Shown piece by piece: positions 36,146 to 46,005 of a stretch of 64,000 bases of DNA. The stretch is from Rebecca billardiae RCC1528 (taxonomy: Eukaryota > Protista > Haptophyta): assembly GCA_965240325.2 (NCBI GenBank), contig OZ251234.1:806001-870000 (forward strand), in the 5' to 3' direction. Position 1 is the stretch's first letter, and every line of letters begins with the position of its first letter. The notes under the pieces were generated by a model. The model was not told the DNA's origin, ran no database searches, and worked only from the letters and a program-made list of their open reading frames with translations. The position numbers were made by a program, and so were the translations under genes.

Positions 36146-39100
36146 TTACCGCGCGCGCGTCGGGTGTCGGTCCACCATGATGGCGTCGACGTGCCGCTTG
36201 AACGTCGCACCGTCCGTCGCCTTCGTCATGATGTCAGAGTGGTTGAGTGAGGTGTGTACCTTGACCACCTTTACCTTGCCACCCTCCTGCGCGTCACGCA
36301 CATAGTGATGCTTGATCTCGATGTGCTTCGAGCGCTTGTGGTGCACAGGATTCTCCACGAGGTCGATAGCCCCCTTGTTGTCCTCTCGCACCTCCGTCGC
36401 GTCCCGCGGCGGCTGCCGCATGGACTCGAGTATGCTCCGCAAGTAGCTCACCTCGCGGCAGCAATCGCTCAGCGCGACGTACTCCGCCTCCGTCGAGCTC
36501 AGCGAGACTGTACCTTGCAGCCCGCTGTGCCACGACACAGGCGCCCCATTGTAGAACACAATGTATCCACCCGTCGACCTGCCCTTGGTCTCCACCGGAT
36601 TGCTTGCCCAATCGGAGTCAGCGAAAGCAAGTAGGTCGGGGTGCTCGGAATCTGTCGCAAACTTGAACAAGATTCCCAATCGCGGGCATCCACGTAAGTA
36701 GCGCAGCACGCGCTTCGCACTTACCAGATCCACCGCCCGCGGACATGACATGCGTCGCGTCAGCATGTTCACCGCGTGCGCGATGTCCGGCCGCGCCGTG
36801 ACCATCGCAAACATGAGACATCCCACCATCGCCTGGTAGTTCTCAATCTCTGCGCGCTGCAGCAACGCCTCGTCGTCGTCGCTCAGCTGCGCCCGCGCCG
36901 CCGGCTCCGGCGTGCGCGCCGGCGTGCTTGCGTTCAAACCGAACCGCTGAAGCACGCTCTCGACGTACGGCCCCAGATGCATCAGGATGCCGTCGTCATG
37001 AACTTCAAACACGGCGCCCAGGAACTTATCGAGCCGCTCACTCAGCTTGATCTCGTAGTGCTCCTTCAGGTCAGCCGCCAGCTTCTCCACCGCGCGCGCG
37101 TCGCGCGTCAGGTTGAGAAACAGCAAGTCGTCGACAAAGCCGCCCGCGATGATGAACTCGCCCGGCGCCGACTCCTTGACGTAGATGCACGGCGCACTCG
37201 GACACTCCGAGAAGCCGCGCGCGAGCAGCTGGGTGCGGTGCGTGCGATGCCACGCGCGCCCAGACTGGCGTAGGCCCGGATACGCCTTCAGGCTCCGGCC
37301 CACGACTTTGTACCCCGGCGGCGCCTGCGTGCTCGGCACGTAGCCCGGCGGGAATGAGAAGAGAGGCCGCTCATCCGGCTTCAACTCCGAGTTGAGGTAC
37401 GCGTCCTTGACGTCGCCCTTCGACAGTATGCCCAGCGCCACAACCGACGCTGCACCCAAGTCGACTCTCGCGCCCGCCTGCTGAGCGGCGATCGCCACGA
37501 GTAGTCGCACTTGTTCCGGCCGGATCGTCGGAGCAAAGACCTCCTGAAAGTCGATCCCCGGCCGCTGTAGGTTCCCCAGTAGCACCGACCGCGCCTTGAA
37601 GCGCGTCACCTCGCCCTCCGGGTTCGACTTCACGTCAAAGACCCACTGGCTCGGCAACACTCGCGTGCCCTCCTGAACCACCACCTCCTCCGAGGTGCCG
37701 AGCAACTTGTGACCTTCCAAGTGCTCGAGCATGGCGCCCTGCCACTGGGGCGCCTCCGCCGACCGCATCGCCTCGCGATAGTTCGTCGGCACCTTCACGT
37801 TGATCTTCTGGAACACCGACGCGGCGCTGACGACGGCAGTAAGCAGCTGCGGCCGTCGGCGCGACGTCCGATCCCTGCGAAGCGGATCGTGTCCCATATC
37901 CAGGCCGGGCGGCGGCGCGTCCTCGATCACGCCGTCGTCACCGTCTGCGCCGCGCGGCGGCCCGCCAGCATCTGCTGCGGCCCCGCGCCGTGATTCCGTC
38001 GGCGGTATCTGATCCTGCCGACCCGGCTGCGTCATCGACGCGCCTGCCCCGCCACGCCCGCCCTGCGGCGTCGGCGTCGACGGCTGTGCGCTCGCGCTGC
38101 TGCACCCGCGTTGTCCCGCGTCCACGCTGCTGCGCCCGCGCCCCGACGTTGACGCATCTACGTCGTCGTCGTACCCGACGTCGAACTCTGTCGCGTCGTC
38201 ATTCCCGGCGTCGGCTGGCGTCTCGCCGCCGTCGCCGTCCTCGTCCTCACCGTCGGCATCACCGCCGACTGGACGATGTCCGCCGCTTACTGCGGCGCCG
38301 TCACCATCACCCACGTACGCGCCACCGTCAGGTGCGCCCAGCGACGAGTGCCCCCCCTCGACCAGGTCGGTCTCGTCGATGCGTACGTCACGTGAGTGAA
38401 CGAGACGTCCGTCGTCTAAACGACATACGTACCCAAGCACGTAGCGCCATGTACCGCGCCACTGCACGCCGTGCCCACCCCAGAGATAGACACGTCCGGG
38501 TAGTGCGCGCTGCTTCAGCTGCCCCAATGCATTGCGCCGTGCGCCCAGCATCAGCACGCGGCAGCGCGCGCCAAACGCCACGTGATGCTTCCACGTCGGG
38601 CGTTTCCCAAAGAACAGCTCATCCGGCGTGAGCCACTCAATGTCTCCATCGTCACGAATGATACCACGTGACGCCAGTCGATTGCGCGACGCGCATGCGT
38701 GCCACGCCGCGTAGTGCCAATCGACCCTCGAGACTCCACGCGCAACGACCGTGGCGCGCAGCCTCGACTTCAGCGTGCGGATAGCGCGTTCCGCCACGCC
38801 ATTCGAGCTCGGCGAGTCGGGCGCCGACGTGACCGTCGACGAGAACCCAAGCTTAGCCAGCTCACCCTCGACGTACGTACTCAGCAACGTCGAGCCACCG
38901 TCGGTGTGAATATGGCGTCGCGCCATAGTACACCCCGACGCCAGGACCCAATGCGACATGTGCATGGCCCCTGTTCCAAGCAACTGCGCGTACCAGCGGA
39001 ATGCCCGACCAACCTCGGCGTCATCCAAGCTGCGTAGCGCGTACACTTGCCATCGACGTGAATGCCCATCGATGAATATGATCCCATGAGGATACCCTCC

Positions 39101-39460
39101 ACGTGCGCCATCGGCCCCAACTGGTAAGTCGATGCGTGCCATAGAGAAGATGTCGACGTGCGTCACCTGCCCAGGGTAGTGCGCCGTCGGCATCGCGTCC
39201 GCGAACGACCGCCGCGTCATGCCCGCCGCCGACTGCTCGTCGAGCGGCTCACGCCGCGCGTTCGCCCCCTCCATCCCCTCGGCCACGCGTCGCGTGCGCT
39301 CGAGTAGACGTTGGTCATTGGTGCCCGTTCGAACCGACCAAGTGCGTAACCACGCCGGATCAGCGCCTCGCGCCGCCTCCGTAGTAGTAGTGGTATCAGA
39401 TACCGTAGTGGTTGTGTTTGTGGCTCGCACCTGCGCGGGTTCCGGGCTTAGGCGTTTGGG
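36146..39460 (-). CDS. pol: Pol (integrase, RT, RNase H) of Copia C, in the -1 frame relative to gag-pro
   Basis: HVDIF / HTDGG / NGVAER integrase motifs; FKARSV and FVDDLL (RT); ADSDWA, TEAEY, EDNKGA, KHIEIKHHY (RNase H). Confidence 0.95.
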   Translation of the reverse strand, partial: PKRLSPEPAQVRATNTTTTVSDTTTTTEAARGADPAWLRTWSVRTGTNDQRLLERTRRVAEGMEGANARREPLDEQSAAGMTRRSFADAMPTAHYPGQVTHVDIFSMARIDLPVGADGARGGYPHGIIFIDGHSRRWQVYALRSLDDAEVGRAFRWYAQLLGTGAMHMSHWVLASGCTMARRHIHTDGGSTLLSTYVEGELAKLGFSSTVTSAPDSPSSNGVAERAIRTLKSRLRATVVARGVSRVDWHYAAWHACASRNRLASRGIIRDDGDIEWLTPDELFFGKRPTWKHHVAFGARCRVLMLGARRNALGQLKQRALPGRVYLWGGHGVQWRGTWRYVLGYVCRLDDGRLVHSRDVRIDETDLVEGGHSSLGAPDGGAYVGDGDGAAVSGGHRPVGGDADGEDEDGDGGETPADAGNDDATEFDVGYDDDVDASTSGRGRSSVDAGQRGCSSASAQPSTPTPQGGRGGAGASMTQPGRQDQIPPTESRRGAAADAGGPPRGADGDDGVIEDAPPPGLDMGHDPLRRDRTSRRRPQLLTAVVSAASVFQKINVKVPTNYREAMRSAEAPQWQGAMLEHLEGHKLLGTSEEVVVQEGTRVLPSQWVFDVKSNPEGEVTRFKARSVLLGNLQRPGIDFQEVFAPTIRPEQVRLLVAIAAQQAGARVDLGAASVVALGILSKGDVKDAYLNSELKPDERPLFSFPPGYVPSTQAPPGYKVVGRSLKAYPGLRQSGRAWHRTHRTQLLARGFSECPSAPCIYVKESAPGEFIIAGGFVDDLLFLNLTRDARAVEKLAADLKEHYEIKLSERLDKFLGAVFEVHDDGILMHLGPYVESVLQRFGLNASTPARTPEPAARAQLSDDDEALLQRAEIENYQAMVGCLMFAMVTARPDIAHAVNMLTRRMSCPRAVDLVSAKRVLRYLRGCPRLGILFKFATDSEHPDLLAFADSDWASNPVETKGRSTGGYIVFYNGAPVSWHSGLQGTVSLSSTEAEYVALSDCCREVSYLRSILESMRQPPRDATEVREDNKGAIDLVENPVHHKRSKHIEIKHHYVRDAQEGGKVKVVKVHTSLNHSDIMTKATDGATFKRHVDAIMVDRHPTRAR

Positions 39461-42066
39461 GGCGGCGCAGCGCCAACGCGCCCCCGCCCCGCGCCCACGC
39501 GCCGCACTGGCGCCCTGCGCCGTGCGCGTGCCTCCGCCGGCGCATCGCCGACGTCCGGCCCCACCTGGCGCCGTACGATCTCGGCGCGCAGCGTGGAATC
39601 GCGCGGCAGCTGCACGACGCCGCCTCCCAGCGCCGTAAAGTCCGCAGTGTTGCCGCGCTGCGAGTAGTGGAACTCGATGCCTGCGTCCGCGCAGTGCTCG
39701 ACCCACAGCAGCGGCGCCGTGACGCGCCGCGACGCCCACGCCTCGATCTCGAGCGTGAGGACCTTGTCGCTGTCGTCGTCCGCCGCAAGCTTGACCACCA
39801 GGGTCCCGCGGTGAGTGACCCGCTCCCGCGCACCGTTCCCCCACTCGATCTGACATGCGCCGTCCACCGGGGTAAGATTCGTCAAATCCTCGGCCATGGC
39901 GATGTTCTTCCGTGCGCCAGTGTCAAACACCAACGCCCGCGTGTTGTCCTCCGGCGGCGCCACGCGTGCCTCGGCCGCCCGCGCCGCGACGATCTCGATG
40001 TCCTCGTCGCGCTGCGCCCTGCCGCCGATAGCCGCGCCAATAGGCGCCAAGCCGAGTCCGGCGCCGGCGCCGCCGCCGTCTCCGGCGTCAGCGTCACCGT
40101 CGCCACCAACGGCGCCGTCGGGCTCGTCACCCTGCTCGGGTGCGAACGCGACCTGCGTGCGGACCGTGCCGCCGCCGTTGCCATTCCCGACCACGGCGCG
40201 GGTGCTGCCCCCCGCACCGCCGCCGCCACCGCCACCGCCGCTCCGATGTGAGCCACGGCTGCGATCCGACCGCGTCGACGCCGCGTCATCGCCAGCGTTC
40301 GAGTCGCGATCAGCCTGCGTCACCTGCGGGCAGTAACGCTTGATATGCCCCACGGCGCCGCACTTGTAGCAGTGCGGCCCGTGCGCGTCGTCGGAGTCGT
40401 CCTGGCCTCCGCGGCCGGCGCCGCGGCCAGTGCCGCCGCCGCCACCGCCACGACCTCCGCCGCCGCCACCACGGCCAGCCGGCGACGTCGTGTCGCCGCC
40501 GCCGCCACCCGCCGACGCCGCCGCCGCCTGCGCCAGGCGGAGCCCGTCGATTGGGTGCGCGCGGGTAGCGCCGCCGCCTCCTGGCGTGCGGCCACCCGCC
40601 CCTGGGCGCCCAGGGCCGCCGCGGTCAACCCGCTTGCCCTTGGAGAAGTCCCAGTCCTCGAACTTGCCGTTGAGCTCGTGCACGAGCTCCTGCACGTCGA
40701 AGTTCGTCACGGTCCTGTAGTCCTTCGACTCGTACCGAGTCCGCATCTCGATGCCCGCGCCCACCGACGGAATGAACTCGATGAGCCGCGCAAGCATCTC
40801 CGCCGCTGGCGCTGCGTCACTCAGCTCCTGCAGCAGCACGTGGTTGTGCTGTAGCACCTGGAAGAGCTCGAGTGCGCCGACGCCGTCCTTGCCGCAGTCC
40901 GTCAGGACCGTCCGATGCCAGCGTGCCCGCACCGACATGTACTTCCGCATGTCGTCGGGCTTGCGCATGCGCAGGATCGTCTTCCACAGGTACAGAAACT
41001 CGCGCCCCGGCGTAAGTGCGCCCCGGCGCGCGCGCTCCTCCTGCACCTCCGGCTGCGTCTCCATGAGGCGGTTGATGTGCTGCCACGCAGCCTCCGTCAC
41101 CCACGACCGCAGCTCGGTGCGTAAGAAAGCCGTCCCTTTCTCGTACTGCGCCCCGGCGTACTTGGCTGGGTCCGCCTCGTCGCCGTCCGGCGCTGCCTCC
41201 AACACGCTCTGTCGGAGCTTAATGTCCAGCATGGCGTGCTCGCTCGCCTGCCGCTCATGCATCTGATCCTCGGTCTCGCGCTCGCGGCGGTAGAGCTCGC
41301 GCGCGCGCGGATCGAGCGTCACGGCAGCGCCGCCCGCGGGCGCCGCGCCACCGATCCCGCCGGCGCCGCCCGTAGGCGCCGCGCCGACGCCGGCGCCGCC
41401 CGCAGGCGTCGCCCCGTCAGTCCCAGCCGGCGCACCTGCTGCGCCGCCTGTGCCCACACCCGGACCGGGTGTGCCGGCCGCCGGACCCGGAGAAATTCCG
41501 GATCCACCGCCCGCCGCCGGACCTGAACCCGGTCCGGTCGCCGTCGGGCCGCCCGGAGTGGCTAAACCACTCCCTGCGCCCGCCGAGGCAGCCTGCGCGT
41601 AGCTTGGCGCCTGCCTCGCCCCCGCCGCCGCCGCCGCGCGTTCCGCCGCGGCCCGGCGCTCGGCGTGCTCGCGGCGCTCGTGCTCGTGGCGATGGTCAAG
41701 CAGCCGCTGCTGCAGCGCGTAGTTCTCACGCGCCAGGTCCATCCGCTCGGCACTGACCTTGATCATCTTCGCCGCGGATGGGTTAAAGGTCTCCCACGTC
41801 GAGTTGTACTCCTCGAGCGTGTTGATGCGGTGCTCCGCGTTCGGGCCGTGCGTCACGATGATGCCGTTCAGTGCGGACATCGTAGCACCTTGCCCCGCCG
41901 GAAGCGCCGCCAGCTTGCTCGCCGATTGCGCGAGCCAACGCTGCTGAATCCCCTTGTCGTTGAGGCTCCCAACGTCGACCGAGCCGTAGTACCGGCCGCT
42001 CGTGCTCATCGGCGCGATCGATGAGAAAGCGCCGCGCGTACGATCCCTCCCGATCGCTGCATGCAT
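39448..42066 (-). CDS. gag: Gag-protease ORF of Copia C
   Basis: Zinc knuckle CYKCGAVGHIKRYC and aspartic protease motif LVFDTGA. Confidence 0.92.
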   Translation of the reverse strand: MHAAIGRDRTRGAFSSIAPMSTSGRYYGSVDVGSLNDKGIQQRWLAQSASKLAALPAGQGATMSALNGIIVTHGPNAEHRINTLEEYNSTWETFNPSAAKMIKVSAERMDLARENYALQQRLLDHRHEHERREHAERRAAAERAAAAAGARQAPSYAQAASAGAGSGLATPGGPTATGPGSGPAAGGGSGISPGPAAGTPGPGVGTGGAAGAPAGTDGATPAGGAGVGAAPTGGAGGIGGAAPAGGAAVTLDPRARELYRRERETEDQMHERQASEHAMLDIKLRQSVLEAAPDGDEADPAKYAGAQYEKGTAFLRTELRSWVTEAAWQHINRLMETQPEVQEERARRGALTPGREFLYLWKTILRMRKPDDMRKYMSVRARWHRTVLTDCGKDGVGALELFQVLQHNHVLLQELSDAAPAAEMLARLIEFIPSVGAGIEMRTRYESKDYRTVTNFDVQELVHELNGKFEDWDFSKGKRVDRGGPGRPGAGGRTPGGGGATRAHPIDGLRLAQAAAASAGGGGGDTTSPAGRGGGGGGRGGGGGGTGRGAGRGGQDDSDDAHGPHCYKCGAVGHIKRYCPQVTQADRDSNAGDDAASTRSDRSRGSHRSGGGGGGGGAGGSTRAVVGNGNGGGTVRTQVAFAPEQGDEPDGAVGGDGDADAGDGGGAGAGLGLAPIGAAIGGRAQRDEDIEIVAARAAEARVAPPEDNTRALVFDTGARKNIAMAEDLTNLTPVDGACQIEWGNGARERVTHRGTLVVKLAADDDSDKVLTLEIEAWASRRVTAPLLWVEHCADAGIEFHYSQRGNTADFTALGGGVVQLPRDSTLRAEIVRRQVGPDVGDAPAEARARRRAPVRRVGAGRGRVGAAPPPNA

Positions 42067-42897
42067 ATTGGGTAAACGCGAGCTCCGAGCGTGTCGAGCC
42101 CTGCTAAAAGCTCACCGGCGCGTAGCCGGGCGCGTCGACGATGACGCCCACGAGGCAATCTGACCCTCGCTCCTCTGACGAGCGAAGCTAATCCTCCTGC
42201 CGCAACCAACTTTCGGTTGCGCAGGGTGACACGGCGTTTTGCGGCCCGGCTCGGGAATCTTGTAACCTTCCTGAGCCCCGCTTCCGTGCGTCCGCCAATC
42301 GCAGGCGTTACCGACGCACCGCCGTAAGCTCATCTTTCCCCCAGGTACTCGGTAATGTCATCGGACCTGGGTAAGCTGCGCACGGACCCATGATCCCGGA
42401 TTCTCGATTCTCAAAACTGAGAATCCGGGCGTCCATGAATGAAGTGATCGAGTCCGTTGTTCCTTGGACTCTTCCACGATGGCGCCCGTCTGTGCCGCCG
42501 GCGTGCCATCCGTGCCGCGCTGCGCCGGGCCGTACCGCCCGCGCACGCGCCGCGTCCGTGTCGCTCCGCGTCTGCGCTGCCGCGTCCGCGCTCCGCGTCC
42601 ACGTCGCTCCGCGCCAGCGCTGCTGCGCTCGCGCTCCTGCCGCCGCGCGCGCCGCGCGCGCGCGCCGCCAGAGCCAGCCACTGCGTAGCTGATGCCGCCG
42701 GCCCGCCTGGTGCGGCGCCGGCCCTGACGTCCCAGCGGCGACGCCATCTGCTGAGATGCGCGCCCCAGGCTGCGTCAGCTCAACAGATCTTTTTGAATAA
42801 ACGTGGTTAGGGCCCACGGAGCGGGCTCCACGCTGCGCGCTCCGCCCTGCACCACTGGCCAGGATAACGGAAGCTTTGGAAGGCAAACCCCCACACG

Positions 42898-44607
42898 CTA
42901 ATCGGTGCTGCCCGACTGGCATGCCCAGTTGGGAGCAGAGTGCCAGCCAGCCCAACCTTCGCCAGAGCCGCGGCTGAACTTGGCATGCTCCTGCCACGTG
43001 CTTAGCGTCGCGTGTTGTGGGAAGAGGCCCTCCAGCTGTGTGTCGCTGAGGCAGTCGGCTGCAAGGCCATCCGGTGCAAGTAGGTTGCGGACTGCAAGTG
43101 CACGCAGGCGCTGCACCACACCATCCGTGCGAAGATGAGTTCTGCTGTGTGATGCAAGCTTGAGAATGTCATCTGTAAGGTGTGGAGATTTCATCAGCGT
43201 CTTGCGCGACACAAAGCGATAGGCAGAAGAGTTGATTTCGTTTGCGAGCTCCTGCGCCTTGGGAGTGTTGCCCTCTAGGAAGAGGGCTGGCGTGGACGCC
43301 ATACGAGCAAAGATCGCCCCGTGGAACGAGCCAGTGATCACCAAATCCATCTGCCGAAACAGCCACACTGTCTCCAGCCAGGAGTCCGGCTCAGCTTCGT
43401 ATAGCACTGGCCTGGGTGTGAGACTGTCAGGCAGCTCACTAGTGCAGTTCACCACCTTGTACATAGACCAGAACGTCTTGGGGTCAAGGCAGTGCATGCC
43501 CTTGGGCTTGTACATCACCAGCAGCAGGCGTGGGTGGGCCTCCAGCAGCCCATGCATCATCTTCACCATGGCAGCGCGTCCGTTCGGGGTAAGGCCTTTG
43601 GTCGAGCACACCAGCAGAAGCTTGAAGGTTGGCTTAGGAGCTGTCTCCAAGGCAGAGAGCAGTACTCTGTGGTACGGCTGCCTTGCAATGTGCTCCTCGA
43701 GCTCGTGGGTCATGCCATGCGGAGTGAGTGCCACAGTGTCCACAGTGGGCCCATGAGCAGTGTGCACAGTCGAGGCACCATATGCCTCGAGCCAGCGCAT
43801 GCTCAGCCGGTCGCGCACGCTCAACCAGTCGACAGCGCCGAGCACGTGCGCGCCATAAGCGTCGAGCGACTTGTCTGAGTTGTTCTTGGAGCTATGCACA
43901 CTCATGCATGGTCGCACAGCAGCTGCTGAGGAGGTGGGTGTGACGCCGCACATGTGGTACATGGTGTTCTGTGCCCAGACAGTGTGCCCATACACAATCT
44001 TCGCCGCGCGGAGCAGGTCCAGCAGCGCCATGACGGTGGCCTTCACTTGCCACTGCTCCCAGTGCAGCGTGCCCTCCGGGTTGGACACTGTGAGCGTCGC
44101 TCGGCGCATCACGTCGTCCAGCGTCGGCATGCTCGACTTGAGCCAGCGTGCGTCAGAGCAAGTGCTCGCAGACTCGGGGCGCGGAGCACGCTTGCCAAGA
44201 CACGTGCGCACGACCTCGTGCAGTGCTGGCTTCGGCATCGTGTAATCCAGCGGGCGGGTGCCGTTGCAAAGCAGGCCGACTGGAAACCCGATGGCTCGGA
44301 CGTTCGAGCCAAGAAGCGCACGCAGCATTACCATCTGCACGTACGACGCGGCACGTTGTCCGGGGTGCCACGCGCGCGTGCGAAATGTGAGGTTGAGGAT
44401 GACCACGAGCAGCGCAGCGTCGCCCTCTGGGATTCTGTGCACGCTGCGCACGTGCTCGATGCGTGCGGCACACGTGCCAGGCAGCCTCTCGAGCTCGTCA
44501 GCGCGAAGGCGCAGCAGGCCGACTGAAGGCGCATGCGGCGCCGTCCGCGGCACGAGAGCGAGCGCCTGGCCCAAGGTTGCGCACGCCACGAGGAGTGGAA
44601 GCGCCAT
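42898..44607 (-). CDS. Polysaccharide pyruvyltransferase-family protein with signal peptide
   Basis: 569-aa intronless ORF starting MALPLLVACATLGQALA. Motifs NPEGTLH, LSVRDRLS and DLVITGSFHGAIFA...NTPK. Confidence 0.8.
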   Translation of the reverse strand: MALPLLVACATLGQALALVPRTAPHAPSVGLLRLRADELERLPGTCAARIEHVRSVHRIPEGDAALLVVILNLTFRTRAWHPGQRAASYVQMVMLRALLGSNVRAIGFPVGLLCNGTRPLDYTMPKPALHEVVRTCLGKRAPRPESASTCSDARWLKSSMPTLDDVMRRATLTVSNPEGTLHWEQWQVKATVMALLDLLRAAKIVYGHTVWAQNTMYHMCGVTPTSSAAAVRPCMSVHSSKNNSDKSLDAYGAHVLGAVDWLSVRDRLSMRWLEAYGASTVHTAHGPTVDTVALTPHGMTHELEEHIARQPYHRVLLSALETAPKPTFKLLLVCSTKGLTPNGRAAMVKMMHGLLEAHPRLLLVMYKPKGMHCLDPKTFWSMYKVVNCTSELPDSLTPRPVLYEAEPDSWLETVWLFRQMDLVITGSFHGAIFARMASTPALFLEGNTPKAQELANEINSSAYRFVSRKTLMKSPHLTDDILKLASHSRTHLRTDGVVQRLRALAVRNLLAPDGLAADCLSDTQLEGLFPQHATLSTWQEHAKFSRGSGEGWAGWHSAPNWACQSGSTD

Positions 44608-44752
44608 CGCCGACGCGCGACCCGTTGATATGGCGCCCGCCCAGATGCAGGGACGGGCGGCGCAGCCAAGCTAAGGTTGGCGCTCTAATTAACAAGGGCG
44701 TTCCCGGGATCCTGCCACACGCTCGTGAAAAGCAAAGCGGGGGCTTTGATGC

Positions 44753-45451
44753 CAGGTGCATCTAATCTCCCGTAACGGTCGAGCACCCCTCGCTAGGCGA
44801 GGGGTGCGGCGGAAAGGACAGTGGCAACCCGGGGACTTTCACTTTGTCCCCGCGCCCCTATCGCGGGCTCTGGCGCGCGAACGCGTACCCACTAGTGGCC
44901 GCCGAGCCGGAGGTTGGCGCTCCGTGCACCAACAAAGACATCCCCAGCCGCATGTTGCCACTCGACACCTCGTCTCGCCTCGCGCGGAGCCAACTTGTGG
45001 TGTGCGGGAGCTACCCGAAGCACAGGCTGTGCTGCACGCGGCGCGTCGCGAGTCGGGAGTGCATTGGAGCACACAGCGGCGCATGACGTGCCATGGGACA
45101 GACATGCGTATGTACTCAACGGATTGCGCGTGCGACGCCTTCGCGATGCACTGTTGACCCGCCACGCGCGTCGCTACACTGCCCAGTGTGCTACGGGTGG
45201 CTCCCGCACACCACAAGTTGGCTCCGCGCGAGGCGAGACGAGGTGTCGAGTGGCAACATGCGGCTGGGGATGTCTTTGTTGGTGCACGGAGCGCCGCTCT
45301 CCGGCTCGGAGGGCCACTAGTGGGTACGCGTTCGCGCGCCAGAGCCCGCGATAGGGGCGCGGGGGCAAAGTCCCCGGGTTGCCACTGTCCTTTCTGTTGG
45401 CGGTGTCGCAGAGCGACCCGCCGGCCGTTACAGGGCCATTAGAAGGCGGTG
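44753..45451. mobile_element. TIR element with ~9-bp TSD CTTTGATGC, containing a ~585-bp foldback (44810-45396)
   Basis: Direct repeat GCTTTGATGCC on both sides; degenerate outer TIRs; ~215-bp inner inverted arms. Confidence 0.7.
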
Positions 45452-45482
45452 CTTTGATGCCTTTTCCCGTGCGGGCGTCAAT

Positions 45483-46005
45483 CAAGGAGTCTTTAAACAC
45501 GGGGTCTTACAAATAACCCACTGGGGAGGAAGCCCCCAGTGCGAGCTCGGTCCCATGCTCTGTACCCCGCGGTTCTGAAGTCCGGTGATTTCGCAGGCTT
45601 CAGCGGTGATTTTCTAGCCGAAACGCCTATTCTGAACGATCTCCGGACAAAAAGCCACTGTGGCCAGGCTTCCAAAACACCGGACTCTGGAACCGCGGGG
45701 TACGGAGCATGGGTCCACTTGCCTTCCTCCCCAGTGGGTTTTTAAAGACTCCTTGCTTTAAAAACCCACTGGGGTGGAAGGCAAGTGGACCCATGTTCTG
45801 TACGCCGCGGTTCCAGAGTCCGGTGTTTTGGAAGCCTGGTCACAGTGGCTTTTTGTCCGGAGATCGTTCAGAATAGGCGTTTCGGCTCGAAAATCACCGC
45901 TGAAGCCTGCGAAATCACCGGACTTCAGAACCGCGGCGTACAGAACATGGGACCGAGCTCGCACTGGGGGCTTCCTCCCCAGTAGGTTATTTGTAAGACC
46001 CCTTG
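45483..46005. mobile_element. Two copies of a ~258-bp P-like MITE, one inserted head-to-head into the TIR of the other
   Basis: Outer copy CAAGG..CCTTG with TSD CGTCAAT (45476-45482 and 46006-46012). Inner copy 45498-45755 with TSD CTTTAAA (45491-45497 and 45756-45762). Confidence 0.9.

Larger units (their letters stand above)
35390..42785 (-). mobile_element. Intact, young Ty1/Copia LTR retrotransposon C
   Basis: Two apparently identical 720-bp LTRs (35390-36109 and 42066-42785) with termini TGTTG..CAATA. 5-bp [20 protein letters not shown] at 36110-36118. Confidence 0.97.
35130..42861 (-). mobile_element. 5' portion of a Helitron2-like element, interrupted by Copia C
   Basis: 42791-42861 plus 35130-35384 together are the reverse complement of ~17544-17861. 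Confidence 0.7.
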
